Notes: generated by a model not told the origin, from the letters alone. A DNA stretch of 64,000 nt from Tubulanus polymorphus (GCF_964204645.1 NC_134030.1:10995947-11059946), one strand, 5' to 3'. Counted from the stretch's first letter, positions 17,871-31,485 are shown. Numbers and translations are program-made.

Positions 17871-20800
17871 ATGAATCCTGATATTCGAGAGAATGGCGTA
17901 ATCGCTAATGCAACGAATCGGTCGCAAAAGTAAGTCACCTGTGGTTTCTTTTTTTTCGCCAGAAATTAACCAGGTAAACTCACTCGAGTAACCAAGCCCG
18001 CGATCAGTTATCTCTTATTTTTTCAAATGAAAGTATTGCGTTACTAGTCGCGCGTGTATGCTGGTTTGGATTTGACATATCAATTTTTCACGTTCGATCA
18101 AATCGCATCGAAGATTTCTTCTTTTTTATACAGTAATGTCCGTACTAGGGAGAATCAAACTGCGAAGAACAGCGACCTAGAAAAGGGCGACGAAAAGTCA
18201 GAGCCGGTCAGACACTACGTACCGGCACCCCCTGACGGCGGCTACGGTTGGATAATATGCGTGTGTTCGTTTTTCTGTCAGATGATCTGCGATGGACTGA
18301 TATTTTCGTTTGGGGTTGTATTTGTGACCTTGCTCGAACACTTCCACGAAAGTCGCAGTTTAACATCGTGGGTCGGAGGAGTTTTTCTCGGTGTGAGCAT
18401 GTTTAACGGTAAGTAAAAACTATCCTTTGTTATATGTACGCACACATTTGAAGTAAATCTTTCCCATGCTGATGCATTCCCTTGCAACATCTGTTTCTCT
18501 CAGAATCCCATGAAACGGCGTTATCAAATTGGCCAACCCCCTATTTTCTAAACTACATAATGATCGTTTCTAAAATGTCAATAATTTTGGCCAAAACATT
18601 GGTTTCTAATTCTTTCGCACGTCGCTCACCCGCTATCTAACGAACGAAATAGGAACTACTGTCCCTTTGACCGCTGGGTCTATATACATGTGTTAACACT
18701 ACGCGACGTTGTTTTCTAAATGAATGAAAAACGTGCATATCACGGATTTCGATGCGGTCAGGTCACAAAATCATCAAATGGGTATAGTGTTGGAAGCAGG
18801 TTAAAAGTTTAGGTCGTACTCGTACCTCGAGTGCATATACACCATGGGGTATAAGAAGAGACGTGTGTGGATTATCACAAAAGTGGATTTTTTTGTAAGG
18901 TGCAGTCACACGCCAAAGGCGTGTAGTTTTTAGGCCAGCCGTAGGCTGAGCCTATTACTATACAAATGGAGCGAATTTAAATGACATGGTTTCTAGAGCT
19001 AAGACCCATTGACTGTGCAACTGAACATATATCCTTACAAATCATTCATTAGAGCATTATCCATTCTCCAACCCCTATGAAGCTGAATTTTGAAAGAGGG
19101 CCTCGTAAAAATTTATATGAGCTTTTTCGGGAAATTCTGATCGCAAAAATATCTGTTTTTAAAAGCCAATCAGAGAGCAAAGACTCCTCTATGATTGGCC
19201 TAGCCGCAAAGATCAGCAGGTGTTCACGCGAACCCGCGGTATCGTCCACCGTTTTACTTCCAGGTTTTATTCTAAGATCTAAAATTGTATTTCAATATCG
19301 ATTTCTGTGAAATCTTTAGTTGATTTAGTTTTTGGGAGGAATATCTTTATTTGTACTACAGAAAATATCATTGACAATTGTGCAAAAACCGGGAAAAATA
19401 GCTTTTTCTCGAATCGGATGGATGACATTGATATGCTAATTAGCCATGTGCTCAAACTGCAAATTCAATCAAATTTTATTCTGCAAAAAAATATCAAATC
19501 CAATTCAATTTTACTTTATTGAACAAGGTTAAACAGCAAATCCAATTCAATTTTGATTTATTGAGCAAATTTCAGAAAATTCAATTCCATTCCGCATTCA
19601 AATCAATAAGACCAAGGGAAAAGATTTATCTGAGGTATTTGTTCGTTCCAGCCCCAGTCTCTGTCTGTGCTACTTAGGAAAACACGATTGAATTGTGTAA
19701 ATTATTAGCCTGGGATTGACTAGTTTATTAGCTGCGCCGTGTATTTGGACAAATTTAACCCACAGAATGCATGAAAAGCTGACTGGCTAGCTATAGTGCC
19801 CCTTTGGGCTCTTGTTTTATCTTTAATTAGTGATTGTACCTATTATTTATTTGGTTGGTAAATTTCGTTTGATTTTTTTGATTGAATGTCCCTTACAGAC
19901 CCACCACACCGGCCGGGAGCGAAACAGGCGTGTAGTTTTAGTCGGTGTAGAGGGTCTGGGGAGTGATCCCCCAGAACATTCTTGGAAATTAAATTCATAG
20001 AGTAGCAATTTCGCAAGTTCTGATATATTTGGTGGAAACGGGAGAACATTTTGCTTCTTTTCCTGCATTTTGGTCTCGAATGACGTAAGTTTGAAACAAC
20101 GGGCATAGGCTACTAACGAAAATAGTTGGGAGACGTTTTGGTCGAGTGGTTTAAGCCACCGAGTGATGGTCTCACCAATCCAGGGTTCCTCGGTTCGAAA
20201 GCGGGTGGTCGAAAGGTTCGTGGATATTTCCCTTTACGGGAAAAAGGAAATAAGGCCAATGCCCTGTGTGGTGTGGGGTATGTAAGAAGAGAGTATGAAA
20301 AACCGAAAGAGTGTCGCAAATGAAAGCCGTACCTTTACGCAATGAGCGGGTTGGGATTCAAACCCCTAGAACCCTCCTATAAACACGAGCCTGCCAGTCA
20401 TTACAATAAAGAACCATCATTAATCGATACTTTTAAGTTCGCTACTAACATTTAACGACGTTCTCCTCTACCTTCGCTATCTTTCTTGGAAACGATAGCA
20501 AAGCACACTCCGTTGACCCGAAAATAAAGCTCAGCTCTAAAGAGCTATACATGTATTCCTACAGAACCATCCCGAATACTAAATATATGTTATTTCCATT
20601 CAAGAAGACCAGATCAATATACGATCAGCAAGTTTGTAGTTTTGGTCAATAGTCGTGGTTTATGGTCGTACCTGGCCATAATTTTAGCTACCGATCTAAA
20701 ATTGCAATGGTAATGCATTTCAATCGGATGATTATATTTTTAGCGCCTGTTGCTGGAGCACTATCGAAGGTATTCGGCTTCCGTGTGGTGGCTATCGCTG

Positions 20801-23229
20801 GAGCCATAATAGCAACAGCTGGTATGTTGGCTAGTAGTTACGTCCCTAATATACCGATCATGATCTTTACAATGGGAATAATCGGCGGTAGGTAACGCTA
20901 TTTCTAGGTGTTATGATTCATAATTAATCGCATTTGTTTTGCCGAGTTAGAATTTCAAACTTGTTTTTCTAGGTTTTGGAATGTCCCTTCCGTATTTGAT
21001 ATCAATGGTGATGGTTGGGTCGTATTTTGAAAGACGGCGGTCGCTGGCTAACGGTATCGCGTTGTGCGGATCCGGTGTTGGCGCGTTCGTGTTTTCGCCC
21101 CTATTAGAATATCTGCTGTCCACCTATAGCTGGCAAGGTACATTCATCATATTGGCGGGTATAACTTTACAAGGCTGTATATTTGGTGCTCTTTTCCGAC
21201 AACCTCCTGTACGCGAGGTAATGAATTGTGATTTACGTAGCTGTTCTAGCCTTATCAGTGATGCTCCATCTGCTGATCTGAACAAAAACCGGAAGACGGA
21301 AAGGAGGTATTCAATCTCTGTTACAGATCTCCCAACTAAAACTGACAATATTCGACCGTCATCTACAATCCATGCAACTACAGAACAAGGCCGGCCCTTG
21401 CTCTATACACAGTTACACGCTGATCATGCTGATACTGACCACCATAGACACACTGAAACGTCCCCCTTACCCTCGAGAAGGCTGAAAACCTCGTCTATGC
21501 ACGACCTGAACGCCATTAACCGTATCAAGCATCGACTCATCGAATCTACTATGTCTGGTAGTGATGCCAGTCTATTCCATCGTCCTAGTGGAGAATTATA
21601 TAAAAGTGTTCAGTATTTAGGCTTCCAAGAACCGCATACTCTGTCGCGGTCGCAAATCGCTATGAATGCCAGCATTTTGAATTTGACGGTGAAGAGTCCG
21701 CCTGGTGGTGAAGCCTGGGTCGATCATATGACATCTACCAGTTATCACAGTAACACAGATTTAGCACTGGAAACAGTTGATGCCGATATCACCTGGTGCG
21801 AGTTGGTGAAAAGGAAATTTTTCCTGGTGGTTTGGTCTCTAGGTTTACCGTTGCTGAATGACCCAGTTTGCGTGATGATCGTTGCCTCAAATATCTTCTG
21901 GACGGGTAAGTGTGCAAAGATGACCGCATTCAATCTAATTAGAATCAGGTTTGTCGATAGTGACAAGTGAAAACCCGGTGAGCATTTTCATTTCATATAC
22001 CGGTATACCACTGCTCATCTTCAGTATGTTTTTCAGGACAAGCCGCTGTGTTCACCTATCTCGTCGACTTTGCGCGCTTCAAAGGCATCGATAACTACGA
22101 GGCAGCATTTCTATTGTCTGTAATTGGCATGGTGAATCTCATTGGTCGAATTGCGTTCGGATGGTTGACAGATTTCCCTCAAGTAGACAGCGTAATTATG
22201 TACTCGATTGGACTGGTGCTAGCCGCTGTGGCAAACTTCGCTATTCCTTTCTGCTCGAGCTATGCGGCATTGTTATCGTGCTCAGTTTTATACGGCATGG
22301 CTATGTGTGAGTATTTTACCTAATGACTTATCTCCAGCTGTCTGTGTTCATCCATACATCTGCAGGCTGGAATGGACTTAATGACCAGATCTTATGTTTG
22401 GCAGGAAGTTAAACGCAGAAGGCAGGCGGAAATGGAAATACTGAATCAAACTTATTTGATTTGGGAAACATTGTTTCTGAAACCATGTGTCTTGTTTCCA
22501 GTAAATGCATATCTCCAAGAAAAAACGCTTTGCTTTTGTGTTCCCTGTGCCATATGCGTTGGGCTCAAGTCATATCGGCCTATAAATGCTATAAGCAGAG
22601 CCTGGAATTCTTAACTTTATCGTATTACTGAGCTTTTCGTTGTATGCCGAATCGTAACGAGGTTAGACTGTATTATTTTTTCGTATATTTACAGCCGCAT
22701 ACGTTTCTCTGCGTTCAATTATCGTGGTAGATCTACTAGGCATTGGGTATCTAACGCAGGGTCTTGGACTAGTCATCATGTTTCAGGGTATTTCGTATAC
22801 GATCGTGCCTTCCATAGCCGGTAAGTAAGAATGGGAGACCCACCATCTCAGCCCAGATATTTGTTGATCAGACACTTATAAAATCATTTGATTTGATCTT
22901 TTTCACGTATATACGCGTTAGGACCAATACAACTTTTTTGCACGTACATATTTTGTAATGTATGGAACTTTAAGATGAAAAACTGATTTTGATTGAGTAT
23001 TTGAGGAGACAGTGAATGGGCTGACCTCTCGCTAGGGCTTAATCGCTACTGTAGTGTTTCGGTCCGCCGTTATTTTCCTATTCATTGGAGACATCTCTTT
23101 ATTTCAGGTACAATACTCGATATTTCCGGTTCGTACACCGTTCTTTTCATAACATCGGGTTGTTTCTATCTACTCGCTGCTGTCGTTGTACTTCCCGTGA
23201 AACTTAAGAAGTGGAAGGCTGCAAGATGA
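17871..23229 (+). CDS. SLC16: Monocarboxylate transporter (SLC16/MCT family, MFS), paralogue A, about 642 aa
   Basis: Exons 17871-17929 (in-frame ATGs also at 17853 and 17859), 18134-18408, 20744-20887, 20973-21905, 22037-22306, 22695-22820 and 23108-23229. GT-AG borders, consistent phases, TGA at 23227. Family motifs PPDGGYGW and YFERRRSLANGIALCGSGVG, with a 12-TM pattern and a long central loop. Confidence 0.93.
20136..20380 (+). repeat. tRNA-derived SINE-like element in an intron of SLC16 paralogue A
   Basis: A box TGGTCGAGTGG and B box GGTTCGAAAGC followed by a non-tRNA body. Confidence 0.5.
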
Positions 23230-23975
23230 CAAATGACATGTAATATTGTTCGAAATCGTCTATTCCATGAAGTATTTTTCAGTACATGTACGCTATATGA
23301 CGCTGTAGGTGCGGCGACACCGCATATTAGGCTAAAATGATGATACCTTTTCCTCATAATCGGCTGGGTGAATTTTGTAAACTGCAATGAGATTTGTAAC
23401 TAATTCATTTCTATAGCTGCCGGGTCTGTTATAGTTACCTTTATCGTGATAAAAAACGGATTGTACAGGGTAGATAGGCGGCCCGACCGGTGAACTTTTT
23501 GAGCTCAGTAGAAATCAGATGGTGGCGTCAATCGTGTGATATTAAGTTCGTCAACGATTGGCTCGATTTCAAAGTTAGCCGAGCTACCGCACTATGCATA
23601 ATTCGGTGCTTATCTAAAATCGTAGACAGTGTGCGAACATGGACTTATAAGCTAGGCTAGACTAGTTTATAGTTCGTCCATGGTGCGAATAAATTCGCGC
23701 ACACCCTATACACACCCTGCTGTCTACTAGAAATCAAGAATTCGTTGAGACTAGTATTAATTGATTTTTGATGCCACGGCAGTATCTATAAACACATGGG
23801 ACAATGAAGAAGCGTTCCAACGGTTGTAATTGGAATTTCCCTATTTCCTCTGTTAACTGATTTGTATCATTCTTCGTTTTTACTAGGCTAGCCATGCGGG
23901 TGGAGTTTTGGTGTGGAATATCAAAGAATACATAATAGTATCATTATGTATTTTTGGTAATAAATATATATTTCA

Positions 23976-24242
23976 TATATAGAGAATCCCACAATGATAG
24001 CGACCAAAACAGTCCGAAAATGTAACTGAAGCTAGTAGTTTATTCAACTTTTCGACTTTATCCTAATAGTCATCTTCAGGAATAATCCTGCACGAAGATC
24101 ATGATTAGGATTATGAAGATTATGATGAACATTATTCCTGAAGATGACTATAAGGAGATAGTCGAAACGTTGAACAAACTACTAGCTTCAGATACATTTT
24201 CGAACTGTTTTTGTCGTTATTATTGTGGGATTCCCTCTATAT
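23976..24242. mobile_element. Inverted pair of Penelope-like element terminal fragments
   Basis: About 110-bp arms in inverted orientation (atatagagaatcccacaatgatag... / ...tattgtgggattccctctatat), each carrying a hammerhead-like core. Confidence 0.65.
24131..24178 (+). ncRNA. Minimal type I hammerhead ribozyme motif (Penelope-type); a mirror copy lies on the minus strand at 24039-24086
   Basis: attattc-CTGAAGA-t-gactat-aaggag-atagtc-GAAA-cgtt-gaacaaa: conserved core, 6-bp stem II, palindromic AACGTT stem III and stem I pairing ttattc/gaacaa. Confidence 0.6.
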
Positions 24243-24857
24243 CGCTTCAACACCGATATAGTGTTTTATCAATCGTGATAGATTTCATGTATTCATTTAT
24301 GCAATCTATGCCCTCCTCATTGAGAAGCTATTTAGTTGGTATTTTCTTCAAAATGCGAAACTATGAAGGATATGAATGTGGATTCTCGGTTGGTCCTTTG
24401 TTTCACAATCGGTAGCCATTTTTGCTTCATTCCCGCCAGGTGGAATGCCTTTTGTAGGGAAATACCAACAAGCTTTGACGCTAAGTTTTCCTGTCGGTCC
24501 AAGACATGGACGTATAATCTAGTTTTATACGTCCATGCTAGGACGAACGTAGGACTATCCGATGTATTGTTCTTCCCAAGAAGGGGCGTTGGCAATTGAA
24601 ACAATTTTCGATACCAAGCGCATTTTGCATTAATAAATCGATTGTAGTCACGCCTTAGTTTTTATGATTGTGACGGGTTCGGTAATTGCCATCCGCAATA
24701 TGTCTGATTGTCAATCGTTTCACTGGGGTCTCACTGGGTCTAATCTGTAATCAGTTTTCAGGTAGGCATGGTCTCCCCGGTGCCGGTCATAAATTATCAA
24801 CAATGTATCAGGTGATTCGTACCGGTAGGTCTTGTTGCAATTTCCAATTTCCGAAAT

Positions 24858-25570
24858 GATGTATCCATATCTATGCAATAGCATCGTCTGGGAATGGATG
24901 TACATGTACCTATGCATTGAATTATATAATTGTTATTTGCAAACTTTTGTTAAGTCTTTCGGATAACGAGTGAGTGATTTTTGTTGTTACATTATTTTCA
25001 TACAGCAAAGCATGTATGAATCAGGTTAATTAGTCATGACACCCCCAAAAACACTCGATAAACGTTTAGAATAGTTTATAATTATATGTACATGTATTTT
25101 ATCTGAAGTGAATATATATTCTATTTTATCATAGCATATATATGTTTGTATTCTATAAATTTGTAAAATGTGAAAACTTGCTGGATATGAACAATTTATG
25201 CTGTGAAATTTCCAGAAAAGATGTATCCACATCTACTCGTCTACTATGGGAATGGATATACGTGTACCTATGCATTGAACTGTTAATTGTTATTTGCTTA
25301 TACTTTTTTGATAAAGTTTTTTGGATAACGAGTGAATGATTGTTCTTGTCAGATTATTTATATACATGTATGCAAAGCACGTAACTGATGAATAAGATAA
25401 TTGGCCATGACACCAACGAAACTCAATACGTTTAGAATAGTTTATAATTATACACCTGTATTTTATCTGAAGTGAATCTATATTTTATTTGTTCATAGCA
25501 TATACATATATATATATATATGTTTATATTCAATACATTTGTAAAATGTGAAAACTGGCTGAATATGAAA
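24858..25570. repeat. Diverged tandem duplication, ~362-bp unit
   Basis: gatgtatcca...tgggaatggat...tacctatgcattgaa...ggataacgagtga...tttatctgaagtgaat...tgtaaaatgtgaaaact occurs from 24858 and again from 25220. Confidence 0.85.
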
Positions 25571-25875
25571 AAAATGCAGCCAGGAATGTATTTCTTTTAT
25601 CAAATATATTATGTTATACTGCAACTTCAGTTTTGATCCTCTTTGCTCCGTCCCATCGGCATTAGTTTATTCGGTATCAGGACCCCATCGTTCCGTTCGT
25701 CTGTAGACAGAAATCATCTTTCTCATTAACGGATGATTGCTATTTGATTTATGTACATGTTCATATATCTACCTTATGTGCACGGCCGATCAGAATTGGG
25801 ATGGCTGATGACTAAACTAACAATCAACATTTCAAGACGAATAGTTCCCCGCTCAAAGATACATTTATAGAAAAG

Positions 25876-26915
25876 GGGTTATTCGGCTGCGACCGATTCT
25901 ACTCGTCGACAATGTCTACAACCCCGATTGTCGACCGATTCTACTCGTCGACAATGTCTACAACCCCGATTGTCGACTGATTCTACTCGTCGACAATGTC
26001 TACAACCCTGATTGTGAAAAGCAACTGACGGAAGCACGCAGCTCCTCGATCCCAGCCACTCTATATAAGGGTAATCCACGCACACACGCAGCCCCTCGAT
26101 CCCGGCCACTCATTATAAGGGTAATCCACGCACACACGCAGCCACTCTATATAAGGATAATCCACGCACACACCACCCCTCGCTCCCAGCCACTTTATAT
26201 AAGGGTGATCCACGCACACACGCAGCCCCTCGATCCCGGCCACTCATTATAAAGGGCCATCCACGCACACACGCAGCCCCTCGATAGCAGCCACTCTATA
26301 TAAGGGTGATCCACGCACACACGCGGCCCCTCGATCCCAGCCACTCTATATAAGGGTGATCCACGCACACACGCAGCCCCTCGATAGCAGCCACTCTATA
26401 TAAGGGTAATCCACGCACACACCACCCCTCGATCCCAGCCACTTTATATAAGGGTGATCCACGCGCACACGCGGCCCCTCGATCCCAGCCACTCTGTATA
26501 AGTGTAATCCACGCACACACCACCCCTCGATCCCAGCCACTTTATATAAGGGTGATCCACTCACACACGCGGCCCCTCGATCCCAGCCACTCTATATGAG
26601 GGTAATCCACACACACACACAGCCCCTCGATCCCGGCCACTCTATATAAGGGTAATTCACGCACACACGCAGCCCCTCGATCCCGGCCACTCTATATAAG
26701 ATTGTATAAACATGATTGTAGACATTGTCGACGAGTAAAATCGGTCGGCAATCAGGATTGCAGACATTGTCGACGAGTAGAATCGGTCGACAATCGGGGG
26801 TTGTAGACATTGTCGACGAGTAGAATCGGACAATCGGGGTTGTAGACATTGTCGACGAGTAGAATCGGACGACAATCGGGGTTGTAGACATTGTCGACGA
26901 GTAGAATCGGCCGAC
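25876..26915. mobile_element. Foldback-type non-autonomous element: 42-bp modular inverted arms around a 50-bp satellite
   Basis: Left arm: 3x cgattctactcgtcgacaatgtctacaaccccgattgt. Right arm: 5x its reverse complement. Centre (26035-26700): about 13x cacgcacacacgcagcccctcgatcccggccactctatataagggtaatc. Confidence 0.85.
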
Positions 26916-27092
26916 ATTTAGGATTGATAGATCTCTACTTTTACCTGTTCTGGAGTTGAGCCGCACGCCCTATGGCGTAATGTCGTAAGATTCAATCAGT
27001 CCAATATTGGCGGATTAATTCCAAATACCAGTCAAATGTGATAAGTCTCTGCTGGAACTATTTAATGCTATAATGGACTTGAGCCACACGTT

Positions 27093-27266
27093 CAGTGGAA
27101 CCTCGTTTTAACGAAATCGGATACGAAGATTCATCGGATATTACAAATATAGAATTTTGTCCCAATTAAGAAAATGTGATTATTTTCATACTGGATATAA
27201 CGAACAATAGGTTATAACAAACATATTTTCTGGTCCCGTGAAGTTCGCTGTAATGAGGTTCCACTG
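27093..27266. mobile_element. Tc1/mariner/pogo-type MITE
   Basis: TIRs cagtggaacctc / gaggttccactg followed by TA. Confidence 0.75.
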
Positions 27267-28358
27267 TAATACACGATCTTACTAGTTTTGAATAAGTAAT
27301 TCCAAGCAAGTATCGGACACACTATGCGATCATCGGCCAAACGATTGTCACCAAGAATTCTTAAATGACCTTCAAAGTAAGTAAATCTACATCTTTTTCA
27401 ACTAGGCAGCGCTTTCGACAAATGTCTTTATCTCAAGAATCACTAGCCGATGTCATAATAGTCAGTAACCTGTCTGTGGTTTAGTTTCACAATCGGATAT
27501 TTTCACAAACCACAGTCAGGAATGGGAAGGTCATTTTTGTATGAAATCTTCGTCAGCCAATTTGACTAACGAGTAATTTGCCCAGCATTTCATTGTCTCT
27601 TAAGATATCCGTCTAATTTTTGTTGTAATCGACGCACAACAGATTCGTAGTTTGTCTGATACCTATAACACCTCACCTGACGATCTTAATCCATGTGCAA
27701 ATCGGCCGTAAAGTGAGAGTAAATTTCCGTCGGGTCAACAGCTGCCATTTTGAAAATTACTGGAGGTGCTGGCACCTGTGGACTGAGGCCAGGACAACAG
27801 CACAAACTAACGAAGCGAAACGACGAAATTGAAAAAAATTAAGAAATCAACACTTATTCACATTTTTCTTTTACCAGAATTTATTATTTCATTATTTATT
27901 ATGGAAAACACGAAGATTTGAAATATAAGTTGGAACACCATCAAAAATAAAAGTTGTCGTTTCGTCTTGGAAGTTTTATATAAATCCTTGTAGGTCCTCT
28001 TGTCTTATCATGCCACATGTGCAATACAGAGAAATGGCGGCCAATGGCGAAATTGGTGGAGAAATTAATTAATTTCTCAAAATAATGTTGATTAAACACT
28101 CGAAACATACATAAAATTGGATTATTTCGAAAGGTACCTGTGTTAGTTTGTGAATTAAGCCATTAATTGTGGACTGAAGTGAATAGAAAGTATATTTTTG
28201 AAGTGTTACTTTTTTCAACCGTGTTTTGGTCCTTGTCATCCCTAACGTTGGTATAAGCCCATTCGATTATAAAAAGCTTACCACCAACGATTAGGTAACT
28301 AACTAATGTCATAAATGATTAGCTCATGTAATATTCCTTCGCCTGCATCTCAGTTATG

Positions 28359-28522
28359 TATTGGAACCTCGATACAACTAACTTCACGGGACCAGAAAAT
28401 ATGTCCCATAACCGATAGTTCGTTATATCCAGTATGGAATAATTGAAATTTTCCTATTTCGGACAAAATTCTAGGTTTGTAATAACCGACAAATCGTTAA
28501 ATCCACGGAGAACGTTCCACTG
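28359..28522. mobile_element. Second, inverted copy of the same Tc1/mariner-type MITE
   Basis: aacttcacgggaccagaaaatatg is the reverse complement of 27221-27245. Ends in ttccactgTA. Confidence 0.7.
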
Positions 28523-30621
28523 TACTTGTTATACGACTATCACTACCAAAATAGCTAGCTAAATGTTTATTTCTACTAGCTTTCAGTTATTCAGAAAGGA
28601 GCACGATCACTTTATTGCTGATCTGCAGCTGTATTCTTTTAATAGTTTATGCTGCGTAAAGGCGAGTCAAACTTCAACCACACGCGTCTCATGCGTGCAT
28701 CTATATATCAGGAAATTCAAAGATGTTACCGATCTCTTCTTTGCCACCCAGGAAGAAAGACACTCTAAATATTTGGATGGATATATGGGAAAGCTGTGGG
28801 TCCTGGAGTGTGTAATGGGTAGTGTAGTGTGATCTGTGTGCATTTGTGGCCAGCACACAGATCACATTGTTCAATGGGGTTTGGTCCAGGACTCGCGAGA
28901 TTTTCAACAACACGGAAGTAACGTGTAATAAATGATGACTTGAATTGCATGACTATCTACCACCCCTCATTATTGTTGGAAAACTAAACGTTCGGCACTG
29001 ACTAAAATTAGTAATAACATTTTAGAAATGGCCAGAATTTTAACTTAGGTTCTATCTCATTTTTATTTTACAATTGCGATTGGTATAATTTTTTGTAAAC
29101 GGCCGTTAAGGCTTCATGTTTCGTCTGCAATTCACTGAAAATAGTTACCCAACTACGCACATTTCAGTGTTTTCTGCAGCTGTACACTCAATCGGCACCG
29201 TTCGTGACTAGCTTCACTGCGGAATTATCATTAATTAACATCGCCATATCACATCATCAACTTATATTGTGCCTTAAAACCCTAACAGCCGAAATAATTG
29301 AAATGCAACCACGATTTCTATCATTGAAAATTGAGAGAGTGGCCATGTTTGTGTTTGCTGCTTCGCGTAAATCCCGCGCGGTGGCGCAACCGCGGGGAGT
29401 GGGGCCGATACGTCAAGAGCTTTATTAACTGTGGTAATGAGGGCACATGTATATTGGAAAACGTGAAAAAAGGTTTTATATTGAAATTAGTCAACATAAA
29501 CGGAATACGCCAGATCAGGTCCGTACACAGCCTTTCTGGGAGGGTGCGAATATGTTAGGCGGAACCCATTTGCCAGTCCGTAATTACGTGTGCCCACGGC
29601 GCAAATACATCTGCCGAGAGTTTGGCCCTCCCCTACAAAAATCTTTAAAATTCGAAGCCTTTTAGATGAATTTCTTGGCTTAATTTAAGTGAATGTTCCA
29701 TATAAAAAGTCAATGAAATGTATGAGATAACTAGTGATGGAGTAGTCTAAAACATATTCTTACAAGTGGAACTCGGGACTTTGTGGGAAGGTGCCTTTGC
29801 ACTTGTCGCGCCCTGGGTAGGGGTCTGTAGATGCTTGGCTCTTACGAATGGATGCACGCACCACGAACAGCGCGTCGACTAGTACACATCACTCATCCGT
29901 TTCTCTCGAGTCGAGTCACTTCCAAACCAGTTATAGGATTTACGCGGAATAACCTTTGGCGCGGCCTGGTCCGACGTTTTTGGTCGTACAAAAATTCGGC
30001 CCGTGTCTAAATGGCATGAACCAGTGTATACATGTAGTATCCGTGTAATCGCAGCTATAGACGCATAGGCATCATGGTGACCGTGTTAAGTCACTAAAAG
30101 ATATTGATTTTGTCACCAGCACCGATTATCTGGAGCCGAATATATCGAAACATACTCACGTCTGATTATGTAGTATCATTAGGAAAGAAATATATTTAGG
30201 TGGAAAATCATTTTTCACGACTTAAAACCTAAACGGCGTGAGAATAATTTATAGATGAGTGTACGGTATATCATATTTTGTGTGTCACGAATTCAACTCA
30301 TGCAGATCTTACATAACTCGATCTTTGAACTATAACCCCAGTGGCCTATCTTTTAAAGTCTACCCTAAATCAGTATTTCTTTTTTGTCTGGGAATTATCA
30401 GGTCACTTGCCATGTTTAAGTTGATATTTAGACGATTTATTTCCGTTTAAAATACATAGACAGCAGATCACACGTGTGAGTATGATGGTTGAATAATGTC
30501 TAAATTCCTGTCCAATGGCTGTCTTTTCTTTGTTTTTGTCACTATTCCTATATCCATACATTCAATTTTTCTTTTGTCAAAAGATCAAAAAGTGGATGCA
30601 CCAGGCTTACACGTTAATAAT

Positions 30622-31485
30622 ATGAATCGTGATACTCAACTGAACGGTGGCATTGGTAAAAATGCAGCTAATTGGTCGCAATCGTAAGTGTTTAACGTGC
30701 TTCTTTTCACTCTTTACTATTCATTCGGGATGATTTTGTACGTAATAATTGGCGATAATCAGAAATGCTGCCTTTATGCAAAATTCAATGAATCTTTCAA
30801 ATATCCGATGTTATATACTCGGTCGTTATTCCAAGATTCCAAGATGAGTTCGTCGACGTACATGAAGTTTTGTTGTACATTGTTTTGTACACTAACCAGA
30901 TAGAATACTAGTACCAAAATAATTAAGCCTTAGGTCATGATCTACATCAGTAACGATTTTTAGCAGCCCTCGTGATTTTGGCACGCTGAAGGGTATCTGC
31001 GTGAAGTGGTGATATCAATATTGTGAGAGCAAGCGCCCCCTACCAATAACTCATCACGCGACATATTTCAACACCTGCCACTATACCGGTACCCATTTAC
31101 CGGCCCGGTGTTTAACGGAATTAACCTTGGATAGAAAGCAGCTGGTGAAATTAAGCACAAATTATTGCAATGAACTCTGATTGTGAATAGTATAAGAATT
31201 AGAATTCATTCAAATTCATCCGATTTGTTCATTTAATTTATCTATTGTAATTTGTATAATGACATGTTCGCGTAATTGTTCAACACTATTCGAGAGCAGA
31301 CATTGCATGAACGCATAACCCTCACCATCCGTGAACTCCACTGACTAGGCTACCCACAACTCGACGTATGAAATACGTATAGATTAGCGCATAGATTAGT
31401 GTTAGTTATGTGCTATATATAGGAAATGATATATACTTATTATTATCATATTTATCAAATTTATCATATCTATGGTAATAAAAAA

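Noticed and set aside
24101-24604. Overlapping 87-104 aa ORFs
   Set aside because: No motifs or splice support. They partly overlap the Penelope-like palindrome.
25876-26915. CRISPR-like array
   Set aside because: Units are contiguous tandem repeats with no unique spacers, there are no cas genes, and the context is eukaryotic.
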